A program made the translations under genes and the position numbers. A stretch of 64,000 nucleotides of DNA from Escherichia phage ECO340P2: sequence record OP172792. The stretch is one strand, 5' to 3'. Below, one piece after another: positions 15,321 through 24,122 of the stretch. Each line of letters begins with the position of its first letter. The first letter of the stretch is position 1. A model generated the notes under the pieces. It had not been told where the DNA came from, searched no databases, and was given only the letters and a program-made list of their open reading frames with translations.

Positions 15321-16460
15321 TTAGAACACGCTACCCAGTGTGGTGGAACGTTGTGTTACAGGCTCCAGCACCACTCGCAGAGTGTTTCCTGGCGTAGTGC
15401 TCATAACCAGAATCTTACCACCTTCAATCAGATCACAAGTTAGACCATCAGCCGTTGCACATAGATCAATATGTGGATCACCATCTTCATCTAGGATAAC
15501 ATAACTATTGGTTTCCATTGCTTCCACTTCATCATCTTTCAAGCTTTGTAGATAGATGTTCAGGGAACAAGCACCCGACAAAAACTTAGTAGGGGTAAAG
15601 TCGTGCCAGTTATTGATCCAATTCACCTTCAGGGTTTTGCCATTAGCTACGATAGAAGCCACATTCCATTTAGCATCGTTGCCTAAAGAAATACCCATCA
15701 TTTCAAGACATTCTTTAAAAGTCATTTTTGGATAGAAATTCAATTCTTCTACAATGCCTTGAATAACATCGAAAGACAACTCTGTGCTAACATCCCATAA
15801 ACGTTGGAAGTTATCTACGTGCTTTTTATTTACCAAGTTCTTATCTAAGTAATCTAACATAGTTTCACTAGACAGTTTATCGTAATTGAAACTGTAATAG
15901 ATACGACTAGGACGGTTTACAAAATATTCCGAGATATAACCACTATTTTTAGTGAGGATGTAAAGTTTATTCCCACTTCCTGTTCCATCCAACAAGGTCA
16001 ACAGTGCTTCCTGATCTTCTTTCTTAGCGTACACTTTATCAAATTCGTCAAATAAAACAACAGCACGATCTGTAATTTTACTCATAAATTCTAAGAAGCC
16101 AGCATCTGTGTAAGGCTGTGTAACCAAAATGGTTGGAATACCTAAACCTTCTGTGGACATTAGAGACATGCTAATTAGTTTAGCTAACATCGTCTTACCA
16201 CTGCCTTTTGTCCCTGTCAGTAACACTCCAGTATTTTTACCTTCTTTACTACGACGAGCAAATGTTTTAATAACATGTGCGGCGCGGTCTTTAGTTTCCC
16301 CATAAAGAGTGTTCGGAAGAGAGAAACTTTCACCACGCACTAAAGAGTAGTTACCGTGCGGATCGCAGTTGACAACCCAAACTCCAGCAGGAAGTTTATT
16401 AGCTTCAACGCCATATTCCTTATTTACAACAGCGACATCTCCAAAAATAGTGTATTTCAT
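15321..16460 (-). CDS. AAA-type ATPase
   Basis: Walker A LLTGTKGSGKTMLAKL and Walker B VVLFDEFDK. Confidence 0.7.
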   Translation of the reverse strand: MKYTIFGDVAVVNKEYGVEANKLPAGVWVVNCDPHGNYSLVRGESFSLPNTLYGETKDRAAHVIKTFARRSKEGKNTGVLLTGTKGSGKTMLAKLISMSLMSTEGLGIPTILVTQPYTDAGFLEFMSKITDRAVVLFDEFDKVYAKKEDQEALLTLLDGTGSGNKLYILTKNSGYISEYFVNRPSRIYYSFNYDKLSSETMLDYLDKNLVNKKHVDNFQRLWDVSTELSFDVIQGIVEELNFYPKMTFKECLEMMGISLGNDAKWNVASIVANGKTLKVNWINNWHDFTPTKFLSGACSLNIYLQSLKDDEVEAMETNSYVILDEDGDPHIDLCATADGLTCDLIEGGKILVMSTTPGNTLRVVLEPVTQRSTTLGSVF

Positions 16461-16816
16461 TAGAACGTTTCTCCTTTTAAAATAATTACTGTAAACTTTG
16501 CAGTTTTTTCACTCTTAATATTCTTGACTAATAAGTATTCTCCTCCAGGGGCATCTTTGTATTGTTTAATAGCTACTATTTCATTTTTGCAAGTAGCTAT
16601 AATCGAATAAAAAGGACGTTCCGTGTTATCTTCTTTTCCTGTATATGCCTCAACATCTTTGCACTCTTCTAGAACACCATTCCCAGGTGTATAGTAAAAC
16701 TTGTTGCCTGTGATCACAACATCTTTACCAATATCTGTTTTAACTGCTACAAATTTTTGAGCGTAAGTGGTGAAGCTTACGGTAGCCAGCAATGTGGCTA
16801 AGATTAGTTTTTTCAT
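16460..16816 (-). CDS. secreted protein (signal peptide)
   Basis: MKKLILATLLATVSFTTYA after trimming track ORF to ATG 16816. Confidence 0.55.
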   Translation of the reverse strand: MKKLILATLLATVSFTTYAQKFVAVKTDIGKDVVITGNKFYYTPGNGVLEECKDVEAYTGKEDNTERPFYSIIATCKNEIVAIKQYKDAPGGEYLLVKNIKSEKTAKFTVIILKGETF

Positions 16817-16827
16817 AAACTTCCCTC

Positions 16828-16992
16828 CTATTCCCACAACATACAAATCGCAGCGACAAACATATTAGCAATAGCCGCACCAAGAACTATAAACATCGCC
16901 AGTTCAGAACAATATTCACCAACCAGAGGGGATACTATTGCACAGAGTAATCCCAATGTCAAACACAAGTTGATGATGAAGTTTAAAATCAT
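16828..16992 (-). CDS. small membrane protein (54 aa)
   Basis: hand-translated hydrophobic ORF in gap. Confidence 0.4.
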   Translation of the reverse strand: MILNFIINLCLTLGLLCAIVSPLVGEYCSELAMFIVLGAAIANMFVAAICMLWE

Positions 16993-17001
16993 ACTCTCTC
17001 C

Positions 17002-17193
17002 TTACAACCAACCTTTTGCCTGATAGCCTTTAGAAAATCCATCTTCCCATTCTTCGAATTCCTTTTTGTGTGTCATTGGACAGTATGGATTTACTTTATT
17101 AAACATACCAAACTTGAATCCTGCTGTATACCCTTTCTTAAAAGCTGTTGATTCTAAAGAGATCATATTCTTTCTCCTCTTAGAACTCGACAA
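17002..17193 (-). CDS. hypothetical protein
   Basis: ORF in operon. Confidence 0.5.
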   Translation of the reverse strand: MSSSKRRKNMISLESTAFKKGYTAGFKFGMFNKVNPYCPMTHKKEFEEWEDGFSKGYQAKGWL

Positions 17194-17431
17194 TAGTTTT
17201 GTCTAAATGTTCTGCTTCGACTTGGGATAATGTTAACACCTGCACCAAACCTCTGTCAATACCAATTTTAATGACTTGCAAATAATCACCAAAAAGATCT
17301 GATAAAGAAATAGCATGTTCCGTAACTACAATAACTTCATTACCTTTAGTGTATTCTTTCCACACCCGACCACATTTATAAATGTAATCTTTCTGATCTT
17401 CAGTAATCATTTTAGGTTTGATACTTAACAT
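17180..17431 (-). CDS. hypothetical protein
   Basis: ORF in operon. Confidence 0.5.
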   Translation of the reverse strand: MLSIKPKMITEDQKDYIYKCGRVWKEYTKGNEVIVVTEHAISLSDLFGDYLQVIKIGIDRGLVQVLTLSQVEAEHLDKTIVEF

Positions 17432-17775
17432 TACATACTCCCGTATTCTGGTTCAATATTATGTTTACGACAAATAGTATCCCAACGTTCATTACCAAAA
17501 CCAAAACTTCTTCCATGTAGAGCGTTAAATGCGAAATGCTCTGCCAACCACAATACTACATCATCAGGATCTGTGTCAAGAGGAATTCTAAACTCTCGGT
17601 CATAACGCATACGCAGAATAAAATCCTTATCATCTTCAAGGAGATACATGTAACTTTTAGCCCGTGATGCCAAATCAAAGAAAGGAGGCTCATCTTTCCA
17701 AACGTGACGCTCAACTTCAACACCATGATCAACTACCAAAGTGGCAATTACATCTCTCATCTCTTTACTAAACAT
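17431..17775 (-). CDS. hypothetical protein
   Basis: ORF in operon. Confidence 0.5.
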   Translation of the reverse strand: MFSKEMRDVIATLVVDHGVEVERHVWKDEPPFFDLASRAKSYMYLLEDDKDFILRMRYDREFRIPLDTDPDDVVLWLAEHFAFNALHGRSFGFGNERWDTICRKHNIEPEYGSM

Positions 17776-17784
17776 ATTTCCTCC

Positions 17785-17973
17785 TCAACTAATCAGTTCG
17801 GCTGCTTTACACAGGTACACAACTAACGGATTCAAAGCAAAACCAATCCCAGCTAAAATCTTAACTTTATTACTTTCTGCTTGCATTAACGAAACAGCAA
17901 ACCCAACTACAGTAACAATCATGAATATCATTAAGAACATATAAGTGATTTCACCAGACATATTTAGCTCCAA
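17785..17973 (-). CDS. small membrane protein (two hydrophobic segments)
   Basis: hydrophobic helices; overlaps next gene start. Confidence 0.5.
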   Translation of the reverse strand: MELNMSGEITYMFLMIFMIVTVVGFAVSLMQAESNKVKILAGIGFALNPLVVYLCKAAELIS

Positions 17974-18323
17974 AGATTATCAAAATAGCGAGCAAATAAA
18001 AGACGACCTTGTAATCGTGCTTCTCGTTCCTCTTCAGTATACACGATTTCTGGATGACCACAATCAATAAATGCATTTTCCATAGCTTCCAGAATGTCCA
18101 ACCATTCCTTTTTCCCTTTGGCTTCTTCCTCATCTGTATATGGTGCACTTTTGTTTGGACATACATTGTGCATCACTTTGGTCGGAATCATGACAAACGT
18201 GCTTTTGTTTGCCTTCTCACGGAAGGCTTTAAGCCCTTTGTAAATCACCTCGCCCAAGGCTGCATCTAAATCCATGAGATCATTTTCTTCTATTTGAATT
18301 TCATCATGTACAATTTTCATCAC
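17964..18323 (-). CDS. hypothetical protein
   Basis: ORF in operon. Confidence 0.5.
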   Translation of the reverse strand: MMKIVHDEIQIEENDLMDLDAALGEVIYKGLKAFREKANKSTFVMIPTKVMHNVCPNKSAPYTDEEEAKGKKEWLDILEAMENAFIDCGHPEIVYTEEEREARLQGRLLFARYFDNLWS

Positions 18324-18604
18324 ACCTTCTCCCGCTCTGCGTCCAATTTCAACAAGAAGGCGGCATACTCTTCTGAACCTTGATGCAAGAACATACGATA
18401 AGAACTTACCAGTTTCTTCGTCGTTGTATAACGTTCCATTTCACCAACAACTCCAGTACCAAGAGTGTAGAGCACAACACCTTCGACTCCAACATGGGTT
18501 ACTACTTCAACCAAATCTGTGTTATCCCAATGGTAGTTAGGTGACACAATAAGATCGCCCACTGCCAGTTTAATGTTTGCTGCTTCGTCTTGTGAATAAT
18601 ACAT
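18320..18604 (-). CDS. hypothetical protein
   Basis: ORF in operon. Confidence 0.5.
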   Translation of the reverse strand: MYYSQDEAANIKLAVGDLIVSPNYHWDNTDLVEVVTHVGVEGVVLYTLGTGVVGEMERYTTTKKLVSSYRMFLHQGSEEYAAFLLKLDAEREKV

Positions 18605-18616
18605 TTGGTTCTCCTC

Positions 18617-18910
18617 TCACATTAAGACACGTTTTGTGTTGATGGGAGCATTATCAAACATGTTAAGAACATTGTCAAGCAGTTTTACTAATTCATTTGT
18701 AATTTGTTCTTTTGAACGGGAGGAAGTGAGCACTTTGCTTTCACCAACGATATGCATAACTTTTATAGGAGCATCTAAAATAATGTTGTGCTGACGATCC
18801 TCTTCAAAAGAAGCCAACCATTTCTCGTTGTTACCGTGTAAGGCTACAATCACACCAAAACCGTTAATTGTTTCAGAAATATTCTTAGTTGCTAAAGTAA
18901 TGTTCATCAT
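18617..18910 (-). CDS. hypothetical protein (first gene of leftward operon)
   Basis: ORF with AAGAGAGGTAG RBS. Confidence 0.55.
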   Translation of the reverse strand: MMNITLATKNISETINGFGVIVALHGNNEKWLASFEEDRQHNIILDAPIKVMHIVGESKVLTSSRSKEQITNELVKLLDNVLNMFDNAPINTKRVLM

Positions 18911-18935
18911 CTACCTCTCTTGTTAATGTTCATAC

Positions 18936-18963
18936 ATGATACCTGAAAATAATTTCAGATCAA
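18936..18963 (-). promoter_or_regulatory. leftward promoter TTGATC-N16-TATCAT
   Basis: hexamers on minus strand; back-to-back with rightward promoter. Confidence 0.5.
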
Positions 18964-18966
18964 GTA

Positions 18967-18994
18967 TTGACATGCTTTTTAGTCCTGTTAAGAT
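18967..18994 (+). promoter_or_regulatory. rightward promoter TTGACA-N16-TAAGAT
   Basis: hexamers read directly; 30 nt upstream of gene at 19025. Confidence 0.6.
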
Positions 18995-19024
18995 CAACTC
19001 ATACAAAACGAGAGGAGAAAACAA

Positions 19025-19459
19025 ATGCAAAACATCAAACTAACTTGGACCGAAGCTAAAGAAGCAATGAAGGAAGGTAGACGTGTTGAGCACAGCTATT
19101 TTTGCGGTGGCGAATGGTTTGAGATGCGAGATGGTGTTATTCTCGACGAACACGGTTATAACATGGAAACTTGGTTCAGAGGGGAAGCTTGGCAAGAAAA
19201 TGATTGGTCGGTAATTGAAAAAGAAGACAGTAAGGAAGAAGGGGTGTTGTCTAATGTAGAACGCGAGATGAGGGAAACAAAGATGCCTGCTTTGGATTTT
19301 GTATACCTGGAAGAACTTGTGGCAGCCTCTTTTGTAGCAGGGCATCTTTGGAAGACACCTGTTAGCCGACTGGAGAACCAAAATAACCCGTCTGCTCGTA
19401 ATCACAAGCTTTATAAGGGTAAAGGTCACAACAAATTAAAGAAAGGAAAGAAGAAATGA
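19025..19459 (+). CDS. DUF2829-like (Tad2-like) domain protein with Lys-rich C-terminus
   Basis: N-terminal KLTWTEAKEAMKEGRRV...W...EAWQENDWSVIE resembles DUF2829 pattern from memory. Confidence 0.5.
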   Translation: MQNIKLTWTEAKEAMKEGRRVEHSYFCGGEWFEMRDGVILDEHGYNMETWFRGEAWQENDWSVIEKEDSKEEGVLSNVEREMRETKMPALDFVYLEELVAASFVAGHLWKTPVSRLENQNNPSARNHKLYKGKGHNKLKKGKKK

Positions 19460-19602
19460 TCTACAAAAACAAGTTCACTGGTTGTCTCCGTAAATTTATC
19501 GATAAGAAAGGGTATGTTTCTCTTGACAACGGGGTTACATGGACAGAGAATGGCACTTCAGAACAGTTGATCAAAGCTTTGTCTTACTACGAGGAGGTTT
19601 AA
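19456..19602 (+). CDS. hypothetical small protein (48 aa)
   Basis: hand-translated ORF filling gap; ATGA overlap with upstream stop. Confidence 0.45.
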   Translation: MIYKNKFTGCLRKFIDKKGYVSLDNGVTWTENGTSEQLIKALSYYEEV

Positions 19603-19926
19603 ATGTCAAACAGTCTGTTTAGCGTGTCAATTGCACCACGTGTCAATATCCGTTGTCAGTTTGTTACTTTACCTGGTGTAACGCATATCGCATTAGAATA
19701 CGATCCCCGCTCACGAGACAACCCAATCACAGGGAAAATTGATTGTGCTTATGGGAACTTTGTTATGGATCACCAAACCCTCTTATGCTGTGTGCAACGC
19801 TTACAGGCAGGATCTTTATACATCTTTAAGAAAACGGTGTTCCAAGAGATTGCTCAAGCAGTTGAAAGTGGTATGGAGACTCTTAACGCTATGATTGAAG
19901 CAGCCAACAAGAAGGAGGTTTTATGA
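19603..19926 (+). CDS. hypothetical protein
   Basis: ORF with GGAGG RBS. Confidence 0.55.
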   Translation: MSNSLFSVSIAPRVNIRCQFVTLPGVTHIALEYDPRSRDNPITGKIDCAYGNFVMDHQTLLCCVQRLQAGSLYIFKKTVFQEIAQAVESGMETLNAMIEAANKKEVL

Positions 19927-20183
19927 CACTTTATCACGTAACTACAGAAGGCGACTGTGAAGGCCGCACTACAAAAGATTTGGGGTATGTTGAAGCAGAT
20001 TCACCTGAACATGCTATCAAATACCTGCATTCCATCGGGAAGTATGCGGGTTATGAGTATACTATCTATGAGGTTGAAATTATTAACCTTATACAAGTGG
20101 CAACTCCTATGGCAGAGTTGAAACATCTTAAGGCAAAAGTAAGACCTGGTATAGTGTCCGATTACAAAGGGGAAGTAAAGTGA
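19923..20183 (+). CDS. hypothetical protein
   Basis: ORF with AAGGAGG RBS. Confidence 0.55.
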   Translation: MTLYHVTTEGDCEGRTTKDLGYVEADSPEHAIKYLHSIGKYAGYEYTIYEVEIINLIQVATPMAELKHLKAKVRPGIVSDYKGEVK

Positions 20184-20392
20184 GTGGATGGATTAAAGTA
20201 TCTGGTACCGAGGATGTTCCTATCGGAGAGTGGCTTGTAATCATGGCAAACGGCAAGAAGGGATTCTGTGAAGTTAACAAAACACGCAATGGCACGATAG
20301 CTGTTATCAATGGTCATTTTTATTTTGACTTGGCACCTGTGATCGCATATCATGCACTACCAACATATGAAGAGGAGATTAACAATGGCTAA
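20180..20392 (+). CDS. hypothetical protein
   Basis: ORF, translationally coupled. Confidence 0.5.
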   Translation: MSGWIKVSGTEDVPIGEWLVIMANGKKGFCEVNKTRNGTIAVINGHFYFDLAPVIAYHALPTYEEEINNG

Positions 20393-20708
20393 CAAAGGAC
20401 CACATGTATATACTGCACTGGTAAAGCACTTGAACAAAGAACGTAACAGGATCATTGCAGATTATCGTAAATTTAAACGTAGTAGTCTAAATCGTAAATA
20501 CATGCCACATGCAGCTTTTGACGCTACACGTGCAGTATTTCGTGCAAAGATTGCGGAAATGGATAATCTGCTTAAGCTTGCACGATTATCTATTCATGCA
20601 TCCAAAGTAACAGGAGTCACTCACTTCTTTGACTTCGATACTAAAGCACTATATGCACCAGAAGCAGGTGAACAATTGATTTATCTGCTTACCAAAAATA
20701 AGTGTTGA
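20385..20708 (+). CDS. hypothetical basic protein
   Basis: track ORF trimmed to ATG 20385 with GGAG RBS. Confidence 0.5.
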   Translation: MANKGPHVYTALVKHLNKERNRIIADYRKFKRSSLNRKYMPHAAFDATRAVFRAKIAEMDNLLKLARLSIHASKVTGVTHFFDFDTKALYAPEAGEQLIYLLTKNKC

Positions 20709-20733
20709 CTTTTTTCAAAAAATATGCTACCCT
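20705..20733 (+). promoter_or_regulatory. possible promoter (TTGACT; -10 ambiguous)
   Basis: TTGACT at 20705; weak -10. Confidence 0.3.
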
Positions 20734-20780
20734 AACCCCGAAGGGTCGAGCGATAGCGAGTATAGATTATGTAATAGATT

Positions 20781-20860
20781 AATCTCTATCGTTAGATGTT
20801 CGAAGAACAGAGATTTAAGTACTTGTTCTTATCGGTAGATGATCGTAAGATCAAGAACAA
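20781..20860 (+). promoter_or_regulatory. two tandem stem-loops with near-identical loops in 5' UTR
   Basis: AATCTCT...AGAGATT (20781-20815) and TTGTTCTTATC...GATcAAGAACAA (20823-20860); loops share ATCG(T/G)TAGATG(T/A)TCG(A/T)AAG. Confidence 0.5.
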
Positions 20861-20877
20861 TAATAGGAGAGTGTGTT

Positions 20878-21075
20878 ATGTTAGTCAGTGGGACACTACC
20901 TGATTCTAACGGTAATCAGATCACTATTGATTGGTTTCCTGGTACGGGTACACTAGATCTAACTGCTGAATGGTCTGGTGATATTTATGGAGAAGGTGTA
21001 CTATCATTGTCTACAGAACAAATGATCATCCTTCGTGACTTCTTAATTAGTTTAGATCTAGGAGAAAACAAATGA
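20878..21075 (+). CDS. hypothetical protein
   Basis: track ORF trimmed to ATG 20878 with AGGAGAG RBS. Confidence 0.5.
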   Translation: MLVSGTLPDSNGNQITIDWFPGTGTLDLTAEWSGDIYGEGVLSLSTEQMIILRDFLISLDLGENK

Positions 21076-21341
21076 GTAAAACTTCTGTCGAGTTTATCGA
21101 GAAATCCCCTATTCCAAAGCTATACCGTTTAGCTGAAATTGAACCTATGTCTGTTTTCTACTACTACATTGCAGAAGTAGATGAACAAGAACGGGAATAC
21201 TATTTGGCTACAGACACAGGTGCAGTGTGCTTAACAGGCTCTCGTGCAGGAGAATACATTGTAAACAGTCGTTTTAATGAAGCAGACTCTTGTTGGGCTA
21301 AGGTTGAAACTAAGATTGTCATCAACATCACCAATCATTAA
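21072..21341 (+). CDS. hypothetical protein
   Basis: ORF with GGAGAAAA RBS. Confidence 0.55.
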   Translation: MSKTSVEFIEKSPIPKLYRLAEIEPMSVFYYYIAEVDEQEREYYLATDTGAVCLTGSRAGEYIVNSRFNEADSCWAKVETKIVINITNH

Positions 21342-21363
21342 GACTAATCTGACAAAGAGTTAC

Positions 21364-21393
21364 TTGACATGTGCAAAGCTCTTTGTGTAGAAT
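21364..21393 (+). promoter_or_regulatory. promoter TTGACA-N18-TAGAAT
   Basis: hexamers read directly; -35 flanked by CAAAGAG/CTCTTTG inverted repeat. Confidence 0.55.
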
Positions 21394-21423
21394 AAAGATT
21401 CACTTACTAAGGAGATTTTATAA

Positions 21424-21621
21424 ATGGCTACAAAGAAACAGAAAATGAAATGTCTTACTCTTACTGAACTGGGTCAAGCTTCCAACTGCATCACTGTTGG
21501 TAAGATTTATTCTACAGTTCTTGATAAAGACAACAACAGTTTTACTTTCAAAGATGATAACGGAAACCCTCAAGTTGGAATCTACCCTTCCTGTGCTTTT
21601 GGTACTTGGGAAAAAGTGTAA
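21424..21621 (+). CDS. hypothetical protein
   Basis: ORF with AAGGAG RBS. Confidence 0.55.
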   Translation: MATKKQKMKCLTLTELGQASNCITVGKIYSTVLDKDNNSFTFKDDNGNPQVGIYPSCAFGTWEKV

Positions 21622-21664
21622 CTAATTAGAGGGTATACTTGTAAACAAGATTAAGGAGGCATTT

Positions 21665-21838
21665 ATGGGAGATAAACAAAGTAACATCCGTTACGCGCTT
21701 TATGGAAGAATGGGTGCAGATTGTGAATGGATGCTTCTGTCGCAACGTATACCCTCTTACAAAGAGGCTCTTGAAAAAAGAGACTATTATAAACAAACAT
21801 GGCGTTTTGTCATTTGTAAACACTATTTGGAGGCGTGA
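21665..21838 (+). CDS. hypothetical small protein (57 aa)
   Basis: hand-translated ORF with AAGGAGG RBS. Confidence 0.45.
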   Translation: MGDKQSNIRYALYGRMGADCEWMLLSQRIPSYKEALEKRDYYKQTWRFVICKHYLEA

Positions 21839-22146
21839 TGAGCACATTATCATTAGCGGTTACGGTACATCAATATTATGAAGAGGCTGTGAAAGATTCA
21901 GAAAACCCTTCTACATTGGTGTTTGAAGATCGGACTGGTCTTAAATGGGTAGAATCTTGTGGTGAACTTTACTTTTGGTATCCACAAGGTTGCACAAGTA
22001 ATTCTAATTTGTACAGTTACGAATTGGAGTATCGTGCGCCTGTAGACGAAGATGATAATTATATCATGTATTACGTTAATAATGGTTGCGGTGAAATGTT
22101 TAATGTAGTATTCTCTAAAGCCTTGAAGTCCGACGAGGAGATGTGA
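21838..22146 (+). CDS. hypothetical protein
   Basis: ORF; ATG 21838 overlaps upstream stop. Confidence 0.5.
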   Translation: MSTLSLAVTVHQYYEEAVKDSENPSTLVFEDRTGLKWVESCGELYFWYPQGCTSNSNLYSYELEYRAPVDEDDNYIMYYVNNGCGEMFNVVFSKALKSDEEM

Positions 22147-22505
22147 TGAGAAAAGTGCTGCTTGCCTTGATGTTATTAGCCTCTGCTGGTGTTTTTGCTC
22201 GTGACGGCTTTAAGGTTGGGGCAGATCGCACTAAATTCTTCACATGGTTCGGAGGTGAAGCACTTTACCAAGATGGTAAAGATAAAATAAAATGTAAGTA
22301 TGTAGAAACATTAAAAGGTGTAGATGATTGGGGTGATGCTTATCAAGCAACAGGCTTCTCTTGTAAGAAACACCTTTACATTGTAGTAAAAGAGTTTCAA
22401 GATATAAATAAACAACTTTTTATTTTAGTAGATCCTAGTAAATTTGATGAACGGACAGCTTATGAAGTTGACATGTTCTTAGAATACAAGAAGGAGGAAA
22501 AATGA
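22143..22505 (+). CDS. secreted protein (signal peptide)
   Basis: MMRKVLLALMLLASAGVFA; GAGGAG RBS. Confidence 0.55.
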   Translation: MMRKVLLALMLLASAGVFARDGFKVGADRTKFFTWFGGEALYQDGKDKIKCKYVETLKGVDDWGDAYQATGFSCKKHLYIVVKEFQDINKQLFILVDPSKFDERTAYEVDMFLEYKKEEK

Positions 22506-22864
22506 GAGAAACGATTGTAGATGTTGTTATTAATGGTCAACGTTATGTGCCTGTGGTAGAGAAAGCTGAACCAGATGCTTTAGATGTTGTCTTTGAAGAT
22601 GATGATCTTGGTACTGTCACTGTGCGTGAATATTTCAGACGACTACTATCTACACTTTGGGAAGAAGAAGATAGTTTCAGTGGAAAGCGTCCTTTCGGTA
22701 ACTCTTGCTGGCAGTTCGATTTGATTATTGGTTTGATCGATGCTGGCTACCTGGAGGGTAAAGTTTATCGTGACGAAGATGGTGGCATAGAAGATACCGA
22801 CTATGATCGGGAAGAAGCAGATAAACTCATCCAAGGTCTGATCGCACGTATGTGTTTAGGTTAA
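22502..22864 (+). CDS. hypothetical acidic protein
   Basis: ORF with AAGGAGG RBS. Confidence 0.55.
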   Translation: MRETIVDVVINGQRYVPVVEKAEPDALDVVFEDDDLGTVTVREYFRRLLSTLWEEEDSFSGKRPFGNSCWQFDLIIGLIDAGYLEGKVYRDEDGGIEDTDYDREEADKLIQGLIARMCLG

Positions 22865-22865
22865 T

Positions 22866-23234
22866 ATGAAGGTATTAAACTTTTACCATTTAGGCAAAAC
22901 AATCCCAGAAGGTGCTATTTATATTGGTAGAGCAATGCCACACATGGGACTAAAAGCCTCCAAGTTTGCAAACCCTTTTAAGTTAAAAGATGATGAACCA
23001 CGAGGATCAACTATACAAAAGTATAAAGAGTGGTTGTGGGAGCAAATTCGTTGTGGTAAGATCACTCTTGAAGATTTATTAGAATTAGAAGGGAAAGATT
23101 TAGTTTGCTTCTGCTCACCTCAACCCTGTCATGGAGATGTATTGGTAGCAGCCGTGGCTTGGGCTAGAAAAGAGTGGGACAAAAGGCATCCTACTTATGT
23201 AGACAACTATTGGATTTGGGAGGAGAATTTTTGA
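22866..23234 (+). CDS. conserved hypothetical protein (possibly DUF4326-like, PCHGD motif)
   Basis: YHLGK...IYIGR...FANPF...CFCSPQPCHGDVL; family assignment from memory, uncertain. Confidence 0.4.
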   Translation: MKVLNFYHLGKTIPEGAIYIGRAMPHMGLKASKFANPFKLKDDEPRGSTIQKYKEWLWEQIRCGKITLEDLLELEGKDLVCFCSPQPCHGDVLVAAVAWARKEWDKRHPTYVDNYWIWEENF

Positions 23235-23584
23235 AAAATATTATTGATGTAGATGTGTTTGGTATCACAGCACTACAAGACAAACAAGCAACATTGTATT
23301 ATCATAAAAAAGAAGACCAAGCTTATATCTACATCGGGGCAGAAAAGTTTGGTGTCGGAGACATGGCTTTAAATGTCGAAGGAGATCTTCCTTTAGAACA
23401 AAAGTTGAAAGTTTTTCGTTTCACAGGAGATATTAAACTGGATGGCGTTATTGCAATCCTACAAGAAGAGCATTATTATATGGTAACTTTCGTTACTCCT
23501 GCTTTCTCTGGCCTTAATGGAGAAGAAGCTCTTAACGATGTTATTATCTTAAAGATTGGTAATGCTTTAAACGATGTAAATTAA
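23231..23584 (+). CDS. hypothetical protein
   Basis: ORF; probable TTG start after GGAGGAG RBS. Confidence 0.45.
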   Translation: MKNIIDVDVFGITALQDKQATLYYHKKEDQAYIYIGAEKFGVGDMALNVEGDLPLEQKLKVFRFTGDIKLDGVIAILQEEHYYMVTFVTPAFSGLNGEEALNDVIILKIGNALNDVN

Positions 23585-23598
23585 AGGAGGGAGTGAGT

Positions 23599-24108
23599 AT
23601 GTTCTTTGATGCAAATTCTCTTTTTGTATCTACAGCAGGGCAGTCTGCTGTTAATGCAGAATTTGAGGAAAGAGAAGAATGGATCGATAATCACAACTAT
23701 GATCCAAGTAATCTAAACTGGTGCAGTTTGGATGTTGGTAATCTTAGTCGAGATAATGCACTTAGAGCATACTACTCTGTATACACTGTTGACAATCTTT
23801 ACCAATACTACGTGTTTCGTAGTCTTATTGTTAATCTTAACTTAGCTGGACGTTTAAAGAACAATAAGGCATTCACATTAGGACATTATATTCCCTTCCG
23901 TAAAGGTGGTGTGCATTTTCCATGTAATTGGATTATTCAAACACGAAAAGAAAACAGTTTAGCAGGAGATACCATGCCAAGATTTAAAGATAAGTGGACA
24001 TGGGAAAAACAAATGGGATACATTAATGCACATTTGCCACCTAATCTAAAAGAACCTTACGCCAGCAGAGCTAAGGAAATGATGAGGATTGTCAAGAGTT
24101 TTTATTAA
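23599..24108 (+). CDS. hypothetical protein
   Basis: ORF with AAAGGAGGGAG RBS. Confidence 0.55.
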   Translation: MFFDANSLFVSTAGQSAVNAEFEEREEWIDNHNYDPSNLNWCSLDVGNLSRDNALRAYYSVYTVDNLYQYYVFRSLIVNLNLAGRLKNNKAFTLGHYIPFRKGGVHFPCNWIIQTRKENSLAGDTMPRFKDKWTWEKQMGYINAHLPPNLKEPYASRAKEMMRIVKSFY

Positions 24109-24122
24109 GAGAGGAGAAATAC

